A DNA stretch of 64,000 nucleotides from Parachlamydiales bacterium (GCA_050250135.1 JBFWPF010000005.1:5690-69689); one strand, 5' to 3'. Numbered from the stretch's first letter, positions 28,430 through 38,608 are shown. Notes: generated by a model from the sequence alone, not told the origin. Translations and numbers: made by a program.

Positions 28430-29416
28430 ATGAACGAGCGATTTATCGAGTCGAACCTGAAGCGGCCCGACCCCACCTTTGAAACCCCCCTTAGGCCAAA
28501 GCGGTTAGAGGACTTTGTGGGGCAGGAGGGGGTTTGCGATCGCCTCTCGGTTTTGCTGGAGGCGGCTAAAGGGAGGAGAGAGCCCCTGCCCCATGCCCTC
28601 TTCTGCGGCCCCCCAGGGCTGGGGAAGACGACCCTTGCTCATATTCTGGCCCGCCAGATGGGTTCAAAAATAACTGTGACATCGGGTGCGGTGATCGACA
28701 AGGCGGGCGATCTAGCGGGTCTATTGACCCACTTAGAGGCGGGCGATCTCCTCTTTATCGATGAGATTCACCGCCTGCCGCGGGCTGTCGAGGAGTACCT
28801 CTATCCGGCGATGGAGGACTTTACCCTCGACCTGATGCTCGACTCGGGGCCAGCCGCCCGCTCAGTTCAGGTCGAGCTCAAGCCCTTTACTCTGATTGGC
28901 GCCACGACGCGCACTGGGCAGCTCACTAGCCCTTTGCGCTCCCGCTTTGGGATGACGCTCCGCCTCGACTACTACGAGGAGGGGGCCCTGACCCAGATTG
29001 TGGAGCGGTCGGCCCGCCTCTTGGGCATGGAAATGGGGGAGGGGGCCGCGGCGGAGCTTGCTGGGCGGGCGCGGGGCACCCCTCGCGTGGCGAACAACCT
29101 GCTGAGATGGGTGCGCGACTACGCCCAGATCCGCGCGGGGGGTGAGGTGTCGCGCGAGGTGGTCGAGCGGGCCCTTGCGATGCTTGAGATCGATGCTCTT
29201 GGCCTTGACGAGATGGACAAGCGCCTCCTGGCCATCCTCTGCAACCAGTATGAGGGGGGACCGGTCGGGTTGAGCACGCTCGCCGTTGCGCTCGGGGAGG
29301 AGAAACAGACTCTCGAGGAGGTCTACGAGCCCTATTTGATCCTGCGCGGCCTGATCAAGCGGACACCTCGCGGACGGCAGGCGACACCCCTCGCATTTTC
29401 AGCCCTAGGCAAATAA
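28430..29416 (+). CDS. ruvB: Holliday junction branch migration helicase
   Basis: LRP..L..FVGQ, GPPGLGKTT, FIDEIHRL, GATTR and RGTPR motifs. Confidence 0.97.
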   Translation: MNERFIESNLKRPDPTFETPLRPKRLEDFVGQEGVCDRLSVLLEAAKGRREPLPHALFCGPPGLGKTTLAHILARQMGSKITVTSGAVIDKAGDLAGLLTHLEAGDLLFIDEIHRLPRAVEEYLYPAMEDFTLDLMLDSGPAARSVQVELKPFTLIGATTRTGQLTSPLRSRFGMTLRLDYYEEGALTQIVERSARLLGMEMGEGAAAELAGRARGTPRVANNLLRWVRDYAQIRAGGEVSREVVERALAMLEIDALGLDEMDKRLLAILCNQYEGGPVGLSTLAVALGEEKQTLEEVYEPYLILRGLIKRTPRGRQATPLAFSALGK

Positions 29417-29464
29417 CCCCGCCTCAAGTAGGCTAAGCTAAAGCAGTGTTCGCGAGGGCTTGTG

Positions 29465-30646
29465 ATGTTTAAGGCGGTTTTGTTAGGGCTAACCACTCTC
29501 CTCTTGGTCTCCACTCCAGGTTGGGCAAAAGAGGCAACGATCAAGGTGCTGATCGCCACCGACCTGCCCGAAGCGCAGGTGAGGACCGACGGGGGCTACC
29601 GGGTGAAAAACCCCCAGACCGGTAAAACGATTACCCGAAGCCTCCTTAGCAAGAACTACCAGGTCCTCCCCATGGCCACCGGCCTTAAGTGGGGCGAGGA
29701 ATTTCCCGGCATCTACCAGATCACGATTGCGCCTCGCAATGCCGACCAGCCGATCATTTTCAACGGCGCCGAGTACCCCGGCGTCCTCCACATCTACCAG
29801 GTGGAAAGGGGCCTCAGCGTCGTCAACGAGGTCCCTGTCGAGGCCTACGTAAAGCTCCTCCTCACCAACAAGCTCCAGGGGCGCCCTTCGACCGAGGTCC
29901 TATCGGCCCTTGTGATCGCTCAACGGACGAGCGCCTATTTCGATCTCCAGAAGGGGCCGACGGCCTACTGGCAGGTTAGGGCGCAGGAGGTTGGCTATTT
30001 CCCGAGGGCCATTCCCACCTCCATTGAACGGGTGGCCAAGCGGACCGAGAATATGGTCCTGGTCTCCGATACCGCCCCGGGCAAGGCCTTCCCCGCCGTC
30101 TGGACCGAAAATTGCGGAGGAAAGACCGCCCCTTACGCCCTCCTCTTCCGAAAAGGGGTAGCGGTCTCCCTGCCCGGCGTCGATGCCCCCCTTGCCCTCC
30201 GCGACAAGGGAGCCTCCGCCTGGAACTACACCCTCTCTAAAGGGGACCTTGCCGCCGCTGCGAGCCTAAACAGTATTAGCCACATCAACCTCTTCACCGA
30301 CCCCCACTCGGGGAAGGTCTACTCGGTCCGCCTCTTCGATGGAGAGCGGTGGCGCGACTTTGACTACTTCACCTTCCAGAAGCTAGTCGGCAGCGAGCAC
30401 CTCGTCAGTAGCGATTTCTCAGTGACCGTCGAAGAGGACCAGGTCCACTTCCACGGCTACGGCGAGGGGCATGGGGTAGGCCTTTGCCTCCACAGCGCTG
30501 AGGAGATGGCCAAGCGGGGGCAGAATGCCCGGGATATCCTAAAGGCCTTCTTCCCCACCACCCAGATTGAGGTGGTTTCGGGGGAGACCGCCGCCCTTCA
30601 GCCCCGCCGCGGCTCCCAGCCCTCCCTGATCCGCCGTAGCCTATAG
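29465..30646 (+). CDS. SpoIID/LytB domain protein
   Basis: Signal peptide; VVNEVPVEAYV, A..IA.RT.A and G.G.GHGVGLC motifs; chlamydial ruvB-spoIID-glgX synteny. Confidence 0.88.
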   Translation: MFKAVLLGLTTLLLVSTPGWAKEATIKVLIATDLPEAQVRTDGGYRVKNPQTGKTITRSLLSKNYQVLPMATGLKWGEEFPGIYQITIAPRNADQPIIFNGAEYPGVLHIYQVERGLSVVNEVPVEAYVKLLLTNKLQGRPSTEVLSALVIAQRTSAYFDLQKGPTAYWQVRAQEVGYFPRAIPTSIERVAKRTENMVLVSDTAPGKAFPAVWTENCGGKTAPYALLFRKGVAVSLPGVDAPLALRDKGASAWNYTLSKGDLAAAASLNSISHINLFTDPHSGKVYSVRLFDGERWRDFDYFTFQKLVGSEHLVSSDFSVTVEEDQVHFHGYGEGHGVGLCLHSAEEMAKRGQNARDILKAFFPTTQIEVVSGETAALQPRRGSQPSLIRRSL

Positions 30647-30755
30647 CCCCTACTGCAGGGAAATTAAAATATATTCTATATTATTATTTTTGTTGCAATA
30701 TTCTTTGCGTTGAGTTATTGTTTTTACACGAACGTAACAAACGCATGAGGTAATC

Positions 30756-31637
30756 ATGGAAGACACTCTAATAACAAGTAAATATTTTAGCGCAACTGAG
30801 ACTGGCGAGGCCAACTTTCAGGCCTTTAAAGAGGGTGCGCGGACCCTACCCCCTTTTGTCCCCTATCAGCCCGATCAGACCCTTATTAACGCGGCGAATC
30901 AGCGAGCCAGCCTCTTTACCCGGGCCGGATGGCTAACCATCGCCATCGGGGCGGCCGCTCTTTTCATCCCTAACCGGGCCCGCTTGGCAGGTCTGCTTGC
31001 CCTTCCAGTCGCCGGTGGCTTCTTCGTAGCAAGCCACCAAAAGAAGAGCTGGATCAAGAGTGAGCAGGATAAGGCAATCGTCAAGGATCAGTCTGCTGAG
31101 CTAAGCAAGATCTACGAAGAGATGGCAGGCTACCTAACTGAGCGGCAAAAGAGCCTCGAAGCTGAGATCGTGGGTGAGTTTAACAAACGGATGATGGACG
31201 CTAAAGCAGGTGACTGGGGTGATCGCATTGCGATTAGAAAGGAGATCAAGGAGACGTCTCTCCAAGAGCACCAGAAGCAGCTAGCCCCGAGACTGGTTAA
31301 AATGATAGAGAATGAGGACACGAATACCGGTTGGAACTTCCTGATCTACTCGTGCGCATGGCGGGCCGAGGCAGAGGGCCAGGCCCTTAGCAACGTTTAT
31401 CAGGAAAAAATGAAAGAGCTGATGGAAGACCTAGAGGCGATTCCTGCTCCTGTGTCAGAAGCTTCTCCTGCTGAACAGCAGTTCGGAGCGCTTTCCCACG
31501 CTAGCAACGGATCGCTGCCTACCTTCGGTACACCAGAGGCTGTGAAGAGCGCCTTTGGGGGTCGCATTGAGGCCTTTACCGACATGAGCAGCGAGAAGTG
31601 GCAGCTCAGGGCCGTTGAGGTTGAGAGCGCCGAATAA
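30756..31637 (+). CDS. Inc-like hypothetical protein, paralog 1
   Basis: GAGG SD; bilobed hydrophobic hairpin followed by coiled coil; IYEEM..YL..R...LE.EI...FN motif. Confidence 0.78.
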   Translation: MEDTLITSKYFSATETGEANFQAFKEGARTLPPFVPYQPDQTLINAANQRASLFTRAGWLTIAIGAAALFIPNRARLAGLLALPVAGGFFVASHQKKSWIKSEQDKAIVKDQSAELSKIYEEMAGYLTERQKSLEAEIVGEFNKRMMDAKAGDWGDRIAIRKEIKETSLQEHQKQLAPRLVKMIENEDTNTGWNFLIYSCAWRAEAEGQALSNVYQEKMKELMEDLEAIPAPVSEASPAEQQFGALSHASNGSLPTFGTPEAVKSAFGGRIEAFTDMSSEKWQLRAVEVESAE

Positions 31638-31649
31638 GCCAGCAAGGCA

Positions 31650-31677
31650 AGGCCCCCATCCCCAAGGATGGGGGCCT
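31650..31677 (+). terminator. Putative intrinsic terminator hairpin
   Basis: 12-bp stem AGGCCCCCATCC-ccaa-GGATGGGGGCCT just after stop 31637; weak T tail. Confidence 0.55.
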
Positions 31678-31730
31678 AGTCTTCTTAGTCGCGATCCGGT
31701 TATACTATTTAGCAGCAGTTGGAGGCTCTT

Positions 31731-32459
31731 ATGGAGGCTATTAGCTCTACCTACCTCGATCCTAAGTTATCGCCTGCGGACAATCTTGCCCTTGTGCTAA
31801 AGGGGCAATTCGAGGTGACGCCCCTTCCTAAAATCGACGATGATTGGGAGGGGATCTACTGGCTCCTCTCCAAGGGGCTGATCGGCCTTAGTTTCGGGCT
31901 AGGGTCCGTTAGCCTGGCTGTCATCCGGTCGGGTGTCTTTATCCGTCACTACAGCACCGTCGGTGTTATCCCCGCCTTCTTTGCCTCCTTTATCGGTTAC
32001 CGCCTGGCAGAGGGTCGGCTCAAGGAGGAGAAGCGGAAGAATTACGACTTGAAGATTGAGCTAGTAGACCAGCACATAAAGGCCACTGGAAAGGTCTATG
32101 AGGGGATCGTGGATCATCTTAAGGAGCGGCGCCAGAACGCTGAGCTAAAGGTGATGGAGGTCTTCAATAATAAAGAAATTACCGAACAGATTGGTTGGTT
32201 GCACATTGAAGAGGCCTTTAGGGAGGTGCCCGAAGCGATGGAGCTAATCGACCTCCGGAAGGCGCTTCGAGGAGCCTTCAAAGCGAGGTATGGTAAGCGC
32301 TTTATCCCCGACTTTCACGGACTGACCCCCCTGATTGCTCAATGGAAGACGGAACTCGATCTTTCACCGAATAGCTGGAGGAGCTCCAATATAGATCTCC
32401 TATCAGGCGCCCACCTCGTGCAGAATGAAAGCCACCACTGGACAATCCAACGCCAATAA
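31731..32459 (+). CDS. Inc-like hypothetical protein, paralog 2
   Basis: GGAGG SD; YLDPKL...N; two TM segments; VYEGI..HLKERR..E..V...FN. Confidence 0.78.
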   Translation: MEAISSTYLDPKLSPADNLALVLKGQFEVTPLPKIDDDWEGIYWLLSKGLIGLSFGLGSVSLAVIRSGVFIRHYSTVGVIPAFFASFIGYRLAEGRLKEEKRKNYDLKIELVDQHIKATGKVYEGIVDHLKERRQNAELKVMEVFNNKEITEQIGWLHIEEAFREVPEAMELIDLRKALRGAFKARYGKRFIPDFHGLTPLIAQWKTELDLSPNSWRSSNIDLLSGAHLVQNESHHWTIQRQ

Positions 32460-32469
32460 TGAGGACTTT

Positions 32470-33312
32470 ATGGACGTAACACATGCCACACCCTTGTACT
32501 TAGACCCAAAGCTCCCTTCGGAACAAAATGTGGAGCGCTTCTTTAACGGGGCCTACGATGTTGCCCCCTTCATTCCCGACCTAAGTCAAGTGGTGAAATG
32601 GGAGCGGGCGACAAGGCTCCTTGTTTGGGGGGGCTGGGCCTCACTGGCTGCCGGCCTTTTCACGGTGGCCTTTGTGAAGGGGCGGCGCCTCTACGGCCTG
32701 CTGGCTATCCCCGTCTCAATCGGCACCTACTGGGGAAGCTGCGAGACAGAGGAAAAAGCCTATGACGAGCGAAAGCGGGTTAATGTGGCAAAGGACAACG
32801 CTAAACAGAGCATTGAGGAGAGCCGAGAGCCGATCTACGAGGGCATGAGAAAGCACTTGGTTAAGCGGCGCCTAGAGATCGAGGCAAAGGTGATCGAGGC
32901 CTTCAATGAGGCAAAAGAGACGCGAGGACCTGTTCCGGAGGAGGTACAAGCGCTAGGTACGGGCGAGGTATCCGATAGGGTCCCCAAGTGGCGCCCTGAG
33001 GTGGAGGGACACGCTATTAAAAAGGCCTATGAAGAGCACGGTGCTGAGGCTGTAAGGCTGCGCTCCTCCTTCCTCAAAGCCTATCAGGGGGCTATTAAGC
33101 ACTGGGGTGAGGATTGGAAGGTTCCCGACTGGTTGGAGTACCAAAATCTCAACAAGGCATGGGAGGTTGGGCCTGAGAACATGAAATTTGATTTGGCGTA
33201 TTACGCGACGAAGATCTTTGCGCCGGGGACTGACTACAGCTGCGAATGGACTTTGGGAGAGTCAAAGGAGTGTTGCTTTGTGCTTAGGCCTCCCTATTCG
33301 TGGAGGAACTAA
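32470..33312 (+). CDS. Inc-like hypothetical protein, paralog 3
   Basis: GAGG SD; YLDPKLPSEQN..RF..GA.DVAP; two TM segments; IYEGM..HL.KRRLEIE. Confidence 0.8.
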   Translation: MDVTHATPLYLDPKLPSEQNVERFFNGAYDVAPFIPDLSQVVKWERATRLLVWGGWASLAAGLFTVAFVKGRRLYGLLAIPVSIGTYWGSCETEEKAYDERKRVNVAKDNAKQSIEESREPIYEGMRKHLVKRRLEIEAKVIEAFNEAKETRGPVPEEVQALGTGEVSDRVPKWRPEVEGHAIKKAYEEHGAEAVRLRSSFLKAYQGAIKHWGEDWKVPDWLEYQNLNKAWEVGPENMKFDLAYYATKIFAPGTDYSCEWTLGESKECCFVLRPPYSWRN

Positions 33313-34084
33313 CGTTTCCGCTTACCTCGATATCACTCTAACTCCTGAGGAGAACTTCGGCCGCTTCTATAGCGGAGCGGTCGATGTTGCGCCGCCGACC
33401 CTTCCGTGCAAAGCGGAGGCAGAGCGGTGGGATAAGGTGACCCGCCGGCTTGAAGGGGGTATGGCCTTCTCCTTAGGGGCAGGGTTTAGCCTACTCGCCC
33501 TTGCCACTGGGCATCGCCGGTATGGCCTCCTCTTTCTCCCCGTTGCAGCGGGTTGCTGGAAGGTTAGCCAAAAAACAGGGGAGTGGGCAGAGGGGGAGCG
33601 GATGAGGGCCCGTGAGGAAAAGAGGGGGGCCAAGGGGAAGCAAGTCAATGATCGCGAGACGATCTACAAGGGGATGAAGGATTACCTCATCAAGCGGCGC
33701 CTAGAGATCGAGGGAGAGGTGATCAAGGCCTTTAATGGGCAAGAGAGGAAGCCTTCAAAGCCGATTATTGGCATCAGCGGGTATCAGTCGGTCGCTATAC
33801 CTGCCTATTGGCGGCCTGAGGAGGAGGGGAAAGGACTTGTTCAGACCTACCAAAAGGCAGGAGCCCCCTTTATCCAGATGAAGCAGCAGTTTCTGCAGGC
33901 CTGTGAGGGCTCCCAAAAGACCCCCTTTCACTTGGAGTATGGGGAGCTCTACCGAGAATGGAAGGCCCTCCCTGATAAGCCGCAATTTGCGAACACACAG
34001 GTGGTGGCGCAGCTCTTTGCCCCGAAAGTCTCCTGTGTCTTAGAGGGCACGACCTGGAAAATCCAACGACTACCCCCTCTTTAG
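33278..34084 (+). CDS. Inc-like hypothetical protein, paralog 4 (start uncertain)
   Basis: YLD.TL..EENF.RF..GAVDVAP; two TM segments; IYKGM..YL.KRRLEIE; TTG 33278 has AAGGAG 7 nt upstream. Confidence 0.72.
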   Translation: MCLGLPIRGGTNVSAYLDITLTPEENFGRFYSGAVDVAPPTLPCKAEAERWDKVTRRLEGGMAFSLGAGFSLLALATGHRRYGLLFLPVAAGCWKVSQKTGEWAEGERMRAREEKRGAKGKQVNDRETIYKGMKDYLIKRRLEIEGEVIKAFNGQERKPSKPIIGISGYQSVAIPAYWRPEEEGKGLVQTYQKAGAPFIQMKQQFLQACEGSQKTPFHLEYGELYREWKALPDKPQFANTQVVAQLFAPKVSCVLEGTTWKIQRLPPL

Positions 34085-36025
34085 GAGGAGGGCTGAGTAG
34101 CTCTCCATCTCGTAGGGGTGAGCGGGATCGAGGGGGAAGGCCTCCCCGTCAGGGGAGAAGTCGTGGGGGGGGTGGAGGGCAGTATCGGCAATGCGGAGCC
34201 AGGGCTTGCCAGGAGGAAGGCGGACCTCCCGCCTCTTCCAGCTCGCATTAAACGCAATGTAGAGATCGTTCAGCGCCAGCGCAATAAAACGGCGCCCCCA
34301 GTTGGGGCTCCCCAGGTCGGGGCCGTAGAGGATCACCTGCTTGGGCTCCTTCCCCCTCTTGTTGGACCACAGGTCAGATAGCCGCTTCCACATCTCCGCG
34401 ATGACCTTCCGGTTTTCAGTGGCGGGGAGGGAGAGCTCGGGGGGGAGGGGCTGCGGGACCTCCCACAGCAGGGGCCCCTTCGTTAGCCCAGGATTGGCCT
34501 TGCGGAAGGCGATGAGCCCCTGGGTAAAGCGGAGGAGGTCCTCATCCTGTTTGTCCCAAGGGAAGTAGCTCAAGGCATTATCCTGACACCAGGTGTTGTT
34601 GTTCCCCTTTTTGGTCTGGCTCACCTCATCCCCCATCTGAATCATCGGCAGGCCTCGGGCGATGAGGAGGGCGAGGAGGTGGTTGCGCTTCTGGCGGGCC
34701 CGAAGGCTCAGGATCGCCGGGTCGTCGGTCGGCCCCTCAACGCCACAATTCCAGCTGTCGTTGTGGCTGGAGCCATCCCGGTTCCCCTCCCCATTGGCCT
34801 GGTTGTGCTTGTCGTTGTAGGAGACCAGGTCGGTGAGGGTAAAGCCATCGTGGGAGGTGACAAAGTTGACGGGGGAGGTAGAGGGGTAGATCTGCGGGGA
34901 GCCGAGTAGGGAGGAGGCAAAAGGGGCAACAAGCCCATCGGCCCCCTTGAGGAAGCGGCGGGCAGTATCGCGAAAGGCCCCATTCCACTCGCTCCAGGGG
35001 CCCCAGCGGGGGAACTGGCCAAGTTGGTAGGTGCCCAGATCCCACGGCTCGGCGATTAGCTTGACCTTGGAGAGGAGGGGATCGGCGCGGATGGCGGCCA
35101 GGAGTGGGGGGTCGTCGAGGATCTCCCCATTGTCCCCCCGAGTGAGTATGGAGGCGAGGTCAAAGCGGAAGCCGTCGACCCCCATTTCGCGGCTCCAGTA
35201 GCGGAGGCTATCGAGGATAAGAGTTTGGGTCGGCTGGGTGTTTGGAGAGAGGGTGTTGCCACAGCCCGAGTAGTTGGTGTGGACGCCGTTATCGAGGATG
35301 TAGTGGTCGGGGGAGAGGGCGTGGGGGCCATCGCCGGTGTGGTTGTAGACGACATCGAGTATCACCTCAATTCCGGCCCGATGGCACTCGCGGACGAGGG
35401 TTTTGAACTCCCCGATAGGGTCAACCGAGGCGTAGCCGCTCATGGGGGCAAAAAAGCCAAGGCTCCCATACCCCCAGAAGTTCTTTAGCCGCTCGCCGGT
35501 TTTGGGGTGGTGCCCCTTATAGGAATAGGGGTCGAACTCGAAGATGGGGAGGAGCTCGATGGCGTTGATGCCGAGCTGCTGGAGGTAGGGGAGGCGCTCG
35601 ACTAGGCCGAGGAAGGTGCCCGGGTGGGCAACGGGAGCAGAGGCGGTGAAGGCGCGCACATGGAGCTCATAGACGATCAGGTCGCTAAGGGGGCGGCCTG
35701 GGCTTGTCACCCCTTGCCAATCAAAGGGGGGAGGGTTGACGACAAGGGCTTTTGCCCGGTAAGCCCCCTTGCGGCTCCAGCACTCGGTGTCGACAAAGGC
35801 AAGGGCGTAAGGGTCGAGGAGCCCCTTGCGGCCATCAAGGGTGTAGGTGTAGGGAACCCCCGCCCCAACCCCCTCGACCTCGACCTCCCAGGTGGCCCCC
35901 TTCTTCTGGAGGGGGACCTTCCGGTGCGGGAGGACAAGGGTGACCTCGGCGGCCGAAGGGGCGTAGAGGGCAAAGGTGACCCCCCGCTTGGTGACGGTGG
36001 CCCCTAGTGGGGTAGTGCTTTCCAT
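34070..36025 (-). CDS. glgX: Glycogen debranching enzyme / isoamylase
   Basis: YELHVR.FT, NFWGY, DVVYNHT, DGFRFDLA, LIAEPWD and NFVTSHDGFTL motifs. Confidence 0.95.
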   Translation of the reverse strand: MESTTPLGATVTKRGVTFALYAPSAAEVTLVLPHRKVPLQKKGATWEVEVEGVGAGVPYTYTLDGRKGLLDPYALAFVDTECWSRKGAYRAKALVVNPPPFDWQGVTSPGRPLSDLIVYELHVRAFTASAPVAHPGTFLGLVERLPYLQQLGINAIELLPIFEFDPYSYKGHHPKTGERLKNFWGYGSLGFFAPMSGYASVDPIGEFKTLVRECHRAGIEVILDVVYNHTGDGPHALSPDHYILDNGVHTNYSGCGNTLSPNTQPTQTLILDSLRYWSREMGVDGFRFDLASILTRGDNGEILDDPPLLAAIRADPLLSKVKLIAEPWDLGTYQLGQFPRWGPWSEWNGAFRDTARRFLKGADGLVAPFASSLLGSPQIYPSTSPVNFVTSHDGFTLTDLVSYNDKHNQANGEGNRDGSSHNDSWNCGVEGPTDDPAILSLRARQKRNHLLALLIARGLPMIQMGDEVSQTKKGNNNTWCQDNALSYFPWDKQDEDLLRFTQGLIAFRKANPGLTKGPLLWEVPQPLPPELSLPATENRKVIAEMWKRLSDLWSNKRGKEPKQVILYGPDLGSPNWGRRFIALALNDLYIAFNASWKRREVRLPPGKPWLRIADTALHPPHDFSPDGEAFPLDPAHPYEMESYSALLLKRG

Positions 36026-36139
36026 ATCGAGTCCTATACAAAAGTTTTGTGTTTAGAGCGAGTGGCGCTTGATCTTAATCAGCGCGCTGTGAGACAACGG
36101 AATGCTAGTACTAAGCGGCCGTTGTGGAGGACGAATCCG

Positions 36140-36667
36140 ATGTCAAAAGAGAATGCCGAAGCCAACCTGAAGGAATTTGGGAAGGAGCTGGGTCTTGAGG
36201 GGCTCCAGTTTGACGAGAACAACACCTGTATATTGGGGATCGATGACCAGTTCTCGATGCACCTCACCTACGAGCCCCATTCGGACCGGCTCTATATCTA
36301 CTCCCCCCTTCTGGATGGGCTGCCCAAGGATGATAAGTACCGCCTCCGCCTCTACGAGCGGCTCCTAGAGGGGTCGATGCTTGGCGGGCAAATGGCGGGG
36401 GGTGGCGTGGGAGTGGCGGTGAAGGAGGAGCTGATCCTGATCCACTGCACCCTCGACATGGCCCATGCCGATCGGCAGGCGCTGAGAGCCTTTGCTCCCC
36501 TCTATGTCGATGTGGTAGAGAAGTGGCGCAAGGCGTGTGAGGATCTGGCGCAAGGGCGGGAGCCAACGGTTGACTTTACCCCTGGAGCGCCTAGTGGGGC
36601 AGGGAAACCTCCTCCACCTCAGCAGAAGCCAGGTGGGAAGCCAGGTGAAGGATTTATTCGAGCATAG
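36140..36667 (+). CDS. slc1: CesT-family type III secretion chaperone (Slc1/CT043-like)
   Basis: FDENNTCIL.ID..FS.HLTYE..SDRLY.Y.PLLDGLP and LLEGSMLGGQMAGGGVG; glgX-slc1-ssb-pepA order; GGAGG SD. Confidence 0.88.
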   Translation: MSKENAEANLKEFGKELGLEGLQFDENNTCILGIDDQFSMHLTYEPHSDRLYIYSPLLDGLPKDDKYRLRLYERLLEGSMLGGQMAGGGVGVAVKEELILIHCTLDMAHADRQALRAFAPLYVDVVEKWRKACEDLAQGREPTVDFTPGAPSGAGKPPPPQQKPGGKPGEGFIRA

Positions 36668-36676
36668 GGGGATAAG

Positions 36677-37105
36677 ATGAATTGGATTGTGTTAGCGGGC
36701 CATCTGGGCGATGACCCTGAAGAGCGGATGACACCAGGGGGGCAGAAGGTGACCTCCTTTCGGATCGCCTGCAACACCCGAAAGGGGGGGCAGGATGAGA
36801 CCACCTGGTACCGGGTGACCGTATGGGGGGACCGATTTGACCGGATGATGCCCTACGTGAAGAAGGGGAGCGCCCTGATTGTAACGGGAGAGCTCCACAA
36901 GCCCCAGATCTATACAGGAAAGGATGGGGAGCCTAGAGTGGGCCTTGAGGTGACGGCGGAGAATATCCGCTTCAGCCCGTTTGGCAAGGGGGGAGAGAGG
37001 CAGCAGTCCCAGCAGGGGAGCGCCTTCGGGAACCCGGTTAGCCCCGGAGCGAGCCCCGCCCCAGCCTTTGCGGCCGACGCCTCCGATGACGATTTGCCGT
37101 TCTAA
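36677..37105 (+). CDS. ssb: Single-stranded DNA-binding protein
   Basis: N...L.G.LG.DPE, T.W..VTVWG and C-terminal DDDLPF. Confidence 0.97.
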   Translation: MNWIVLAGHLGDDPEERMTPGGQKVTSFRIACNTRKGGQDETTWYRVTVWGDRFDRMMPYVKKGSALIVTGELHKPQIYTGKDGEPRVGLEVTAENIRFSPFGKGGERQQSQQGSAFGNPVSPGASPAPAFAADASDDDLPF

Positions 37106-37114
37106 GAGAAGACC

Positions 37115-38608
37115 ATGCTTGAGTTGACGACCGCAACCGATGTGGCTAAGCGGAAAGGGGCTGGCGCAACGATTCTCCCTGTTTGGGAATCGACCGGCTC
37201 AAAAAAGGGGGGAGTCCTGGCCTGCCCTGACGATCCCTCTTTGAAAGGGGCGGAGCGCCCCCTCGAGCTTGGCGATTTTTCGGGTAAAGCGGGTAAGGGA
37301 GATCTCGTCTATACCGACGGGGGGAAAGAGAAGCGCTTTCTCCTGATCGGCTTGGGCAAAGAGGGGGAGCTGACCGTTGAAGGGCTCCGCCAGAGCTACG
37401 CGGCGGCGGTCGGTATAGCCCGCTCAGCCCGCCTCACCAGTGTCAATGTCCTCCTGCCCACCGTCAAGGGGCTCTCCCTCTCCGATGTCGTTCGAGGGAT
37501 ATCTGAGGGGCTCCTTCTGGCCAACGAGTCGTTTGACCGGCTTAAGTTCGAGAAGCTCAAGGAGGAGACGATCCTCCTGAAAAAGGCCTGCCTCGTGGGG
37601 GTACCGGCGAAAGTAGCCGCAGAGATCGAGAGTCACCTAGCGGTGGCCGAAGGGGTCCACTTTGCCCGCGACCTGATCAACCGAAATGCTGACGATATTA
37701 CGCCCCAAGGTTTGGGCGAGATTGTGAAGGACCTGGCGAAAAGCACCCCTAAGCTCAAGGCGACGGTCCACGGCAAGGAGTGGATCGAGAAAGAGAAAAT
37801 GGGGCTCCTCCTCGCGGTGAACAGGGGCTCAGCCCATGATCCCGCTTTTATCATCCTCGAATACAAGGGCAGCCCTAAGGGGAAAAAGCACACCGTCATC
37901 GTCGGTAAGGGGGTCACCTACGATACCGGGGGTCTCAACCTAAAGCCGACTGGCCATATGGAGACGATGCGGACCGATATGTCGGGCGCAGCCGCGGTCA
38001 TTGGGACCCTCTTAGCGGTGGCCAAACTGGGGCTAAAGGTCAACGTCACAGCCGTCGTAGCGGCGACCGAAAACATGATCGATGCCCGCAGCTACAAGCC
38101 GGGCGATGTCTATAGCGCCAGGACCGGCAAGACGGTTGAGATCGACAACACCGATGCGGAGGGGAGGCTGACCCTGGCCGATGCCCTCTCCTACGCGATT
38201 GACAAGCTTAACCCGACCGAGGTGATCAACCTCTGCACCCTAACGGGTGCTATTGTGGTCGCTCTTGGCGAAGAGATCGCCGGGCTGATGAGCAACAATG
38301 ACGAGCTTGCAGCCGACCTTGTCCAAGCGGGTGAGACGAGTGGCGAGCTTCTGTGGAGGATGCCCCTCCACAAGAGCTACAAGAAGATGCTCCACTCCGA
38401 TATCGCCGACATTAAGAACTGTGGCGGACGGAAGGGCTCTTCGATCACCGCTGCCCTCTTTATTGGGGAGTTTGTCGGAAAGACCCCTTGGGCCCACCTC
38501 GACATCGCCGGCACGGCTTACCCCGACAAGGCGGCCCCCCTCTCGCCCAACCGGGCAACAGGCTACGGCGTCCGCCTCCTGATCGACCTTCTAAGAGAAA
38601 GAGGTTAG
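37115..38608 (+). CDS. pepA: Leucyl aminopeptidase (M17)
   Basis: VGKGVTYDTGG..LK, DMSGAA, NTDAEGRL.LAD and WAHLDIAG motifs. Confidence 0.96.
   Translation: MLELTTATDVAKRKGAGATILPVWESTGSKKGGVLACPDDPSLKGAERPLELGDFSGKAGKGDLVYTDGGKEKRFLLIGLGKEGELTVEGLRQSYAAAVGIARSARLTSVNVLLPTVKGLSLSDVVRGISEGLLLANESFDRLKFEKLKEETILLKKACLVGVPAKVAAEIESHLAVAEGVHFARDLINRNADDITPQGLGEIVKDLAKSTPKLKATVHGKEWIEKEKMGLLLAVNRGSAHDPAFIILEYKGSPKGKKHTVIVGKGVTYDTGGLNLKPTGHMETMRTDMSGAAAVIGTLLAVAKLGLKVNVTAVVAATENMIDARSYKPGDVYSARTGKTVEIDNTDAEGRLTLADALSYAIDKLNPTEVINLCTLTGAIVVALGEEIAGLMSNNDELAADLVQAGETSGELLWRMPLHKSYKKMLHSDIADIKNCGGRKGSSITAALFIGEFVGKTPWAHLDIAGTAYPDKAAPLSPNRATGYGVRLLIDLLRERG

Noticed and set aside
33188-33320. Frameshift or pseudogene at the start of Inc-like paralog 4 (out-of-frame GTG GAG GAA at 33300)
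   Set aside because: An in-frame TTG at 33278 with an AAGGAG SD explains the gene without a frameshift; unresolved without reads.
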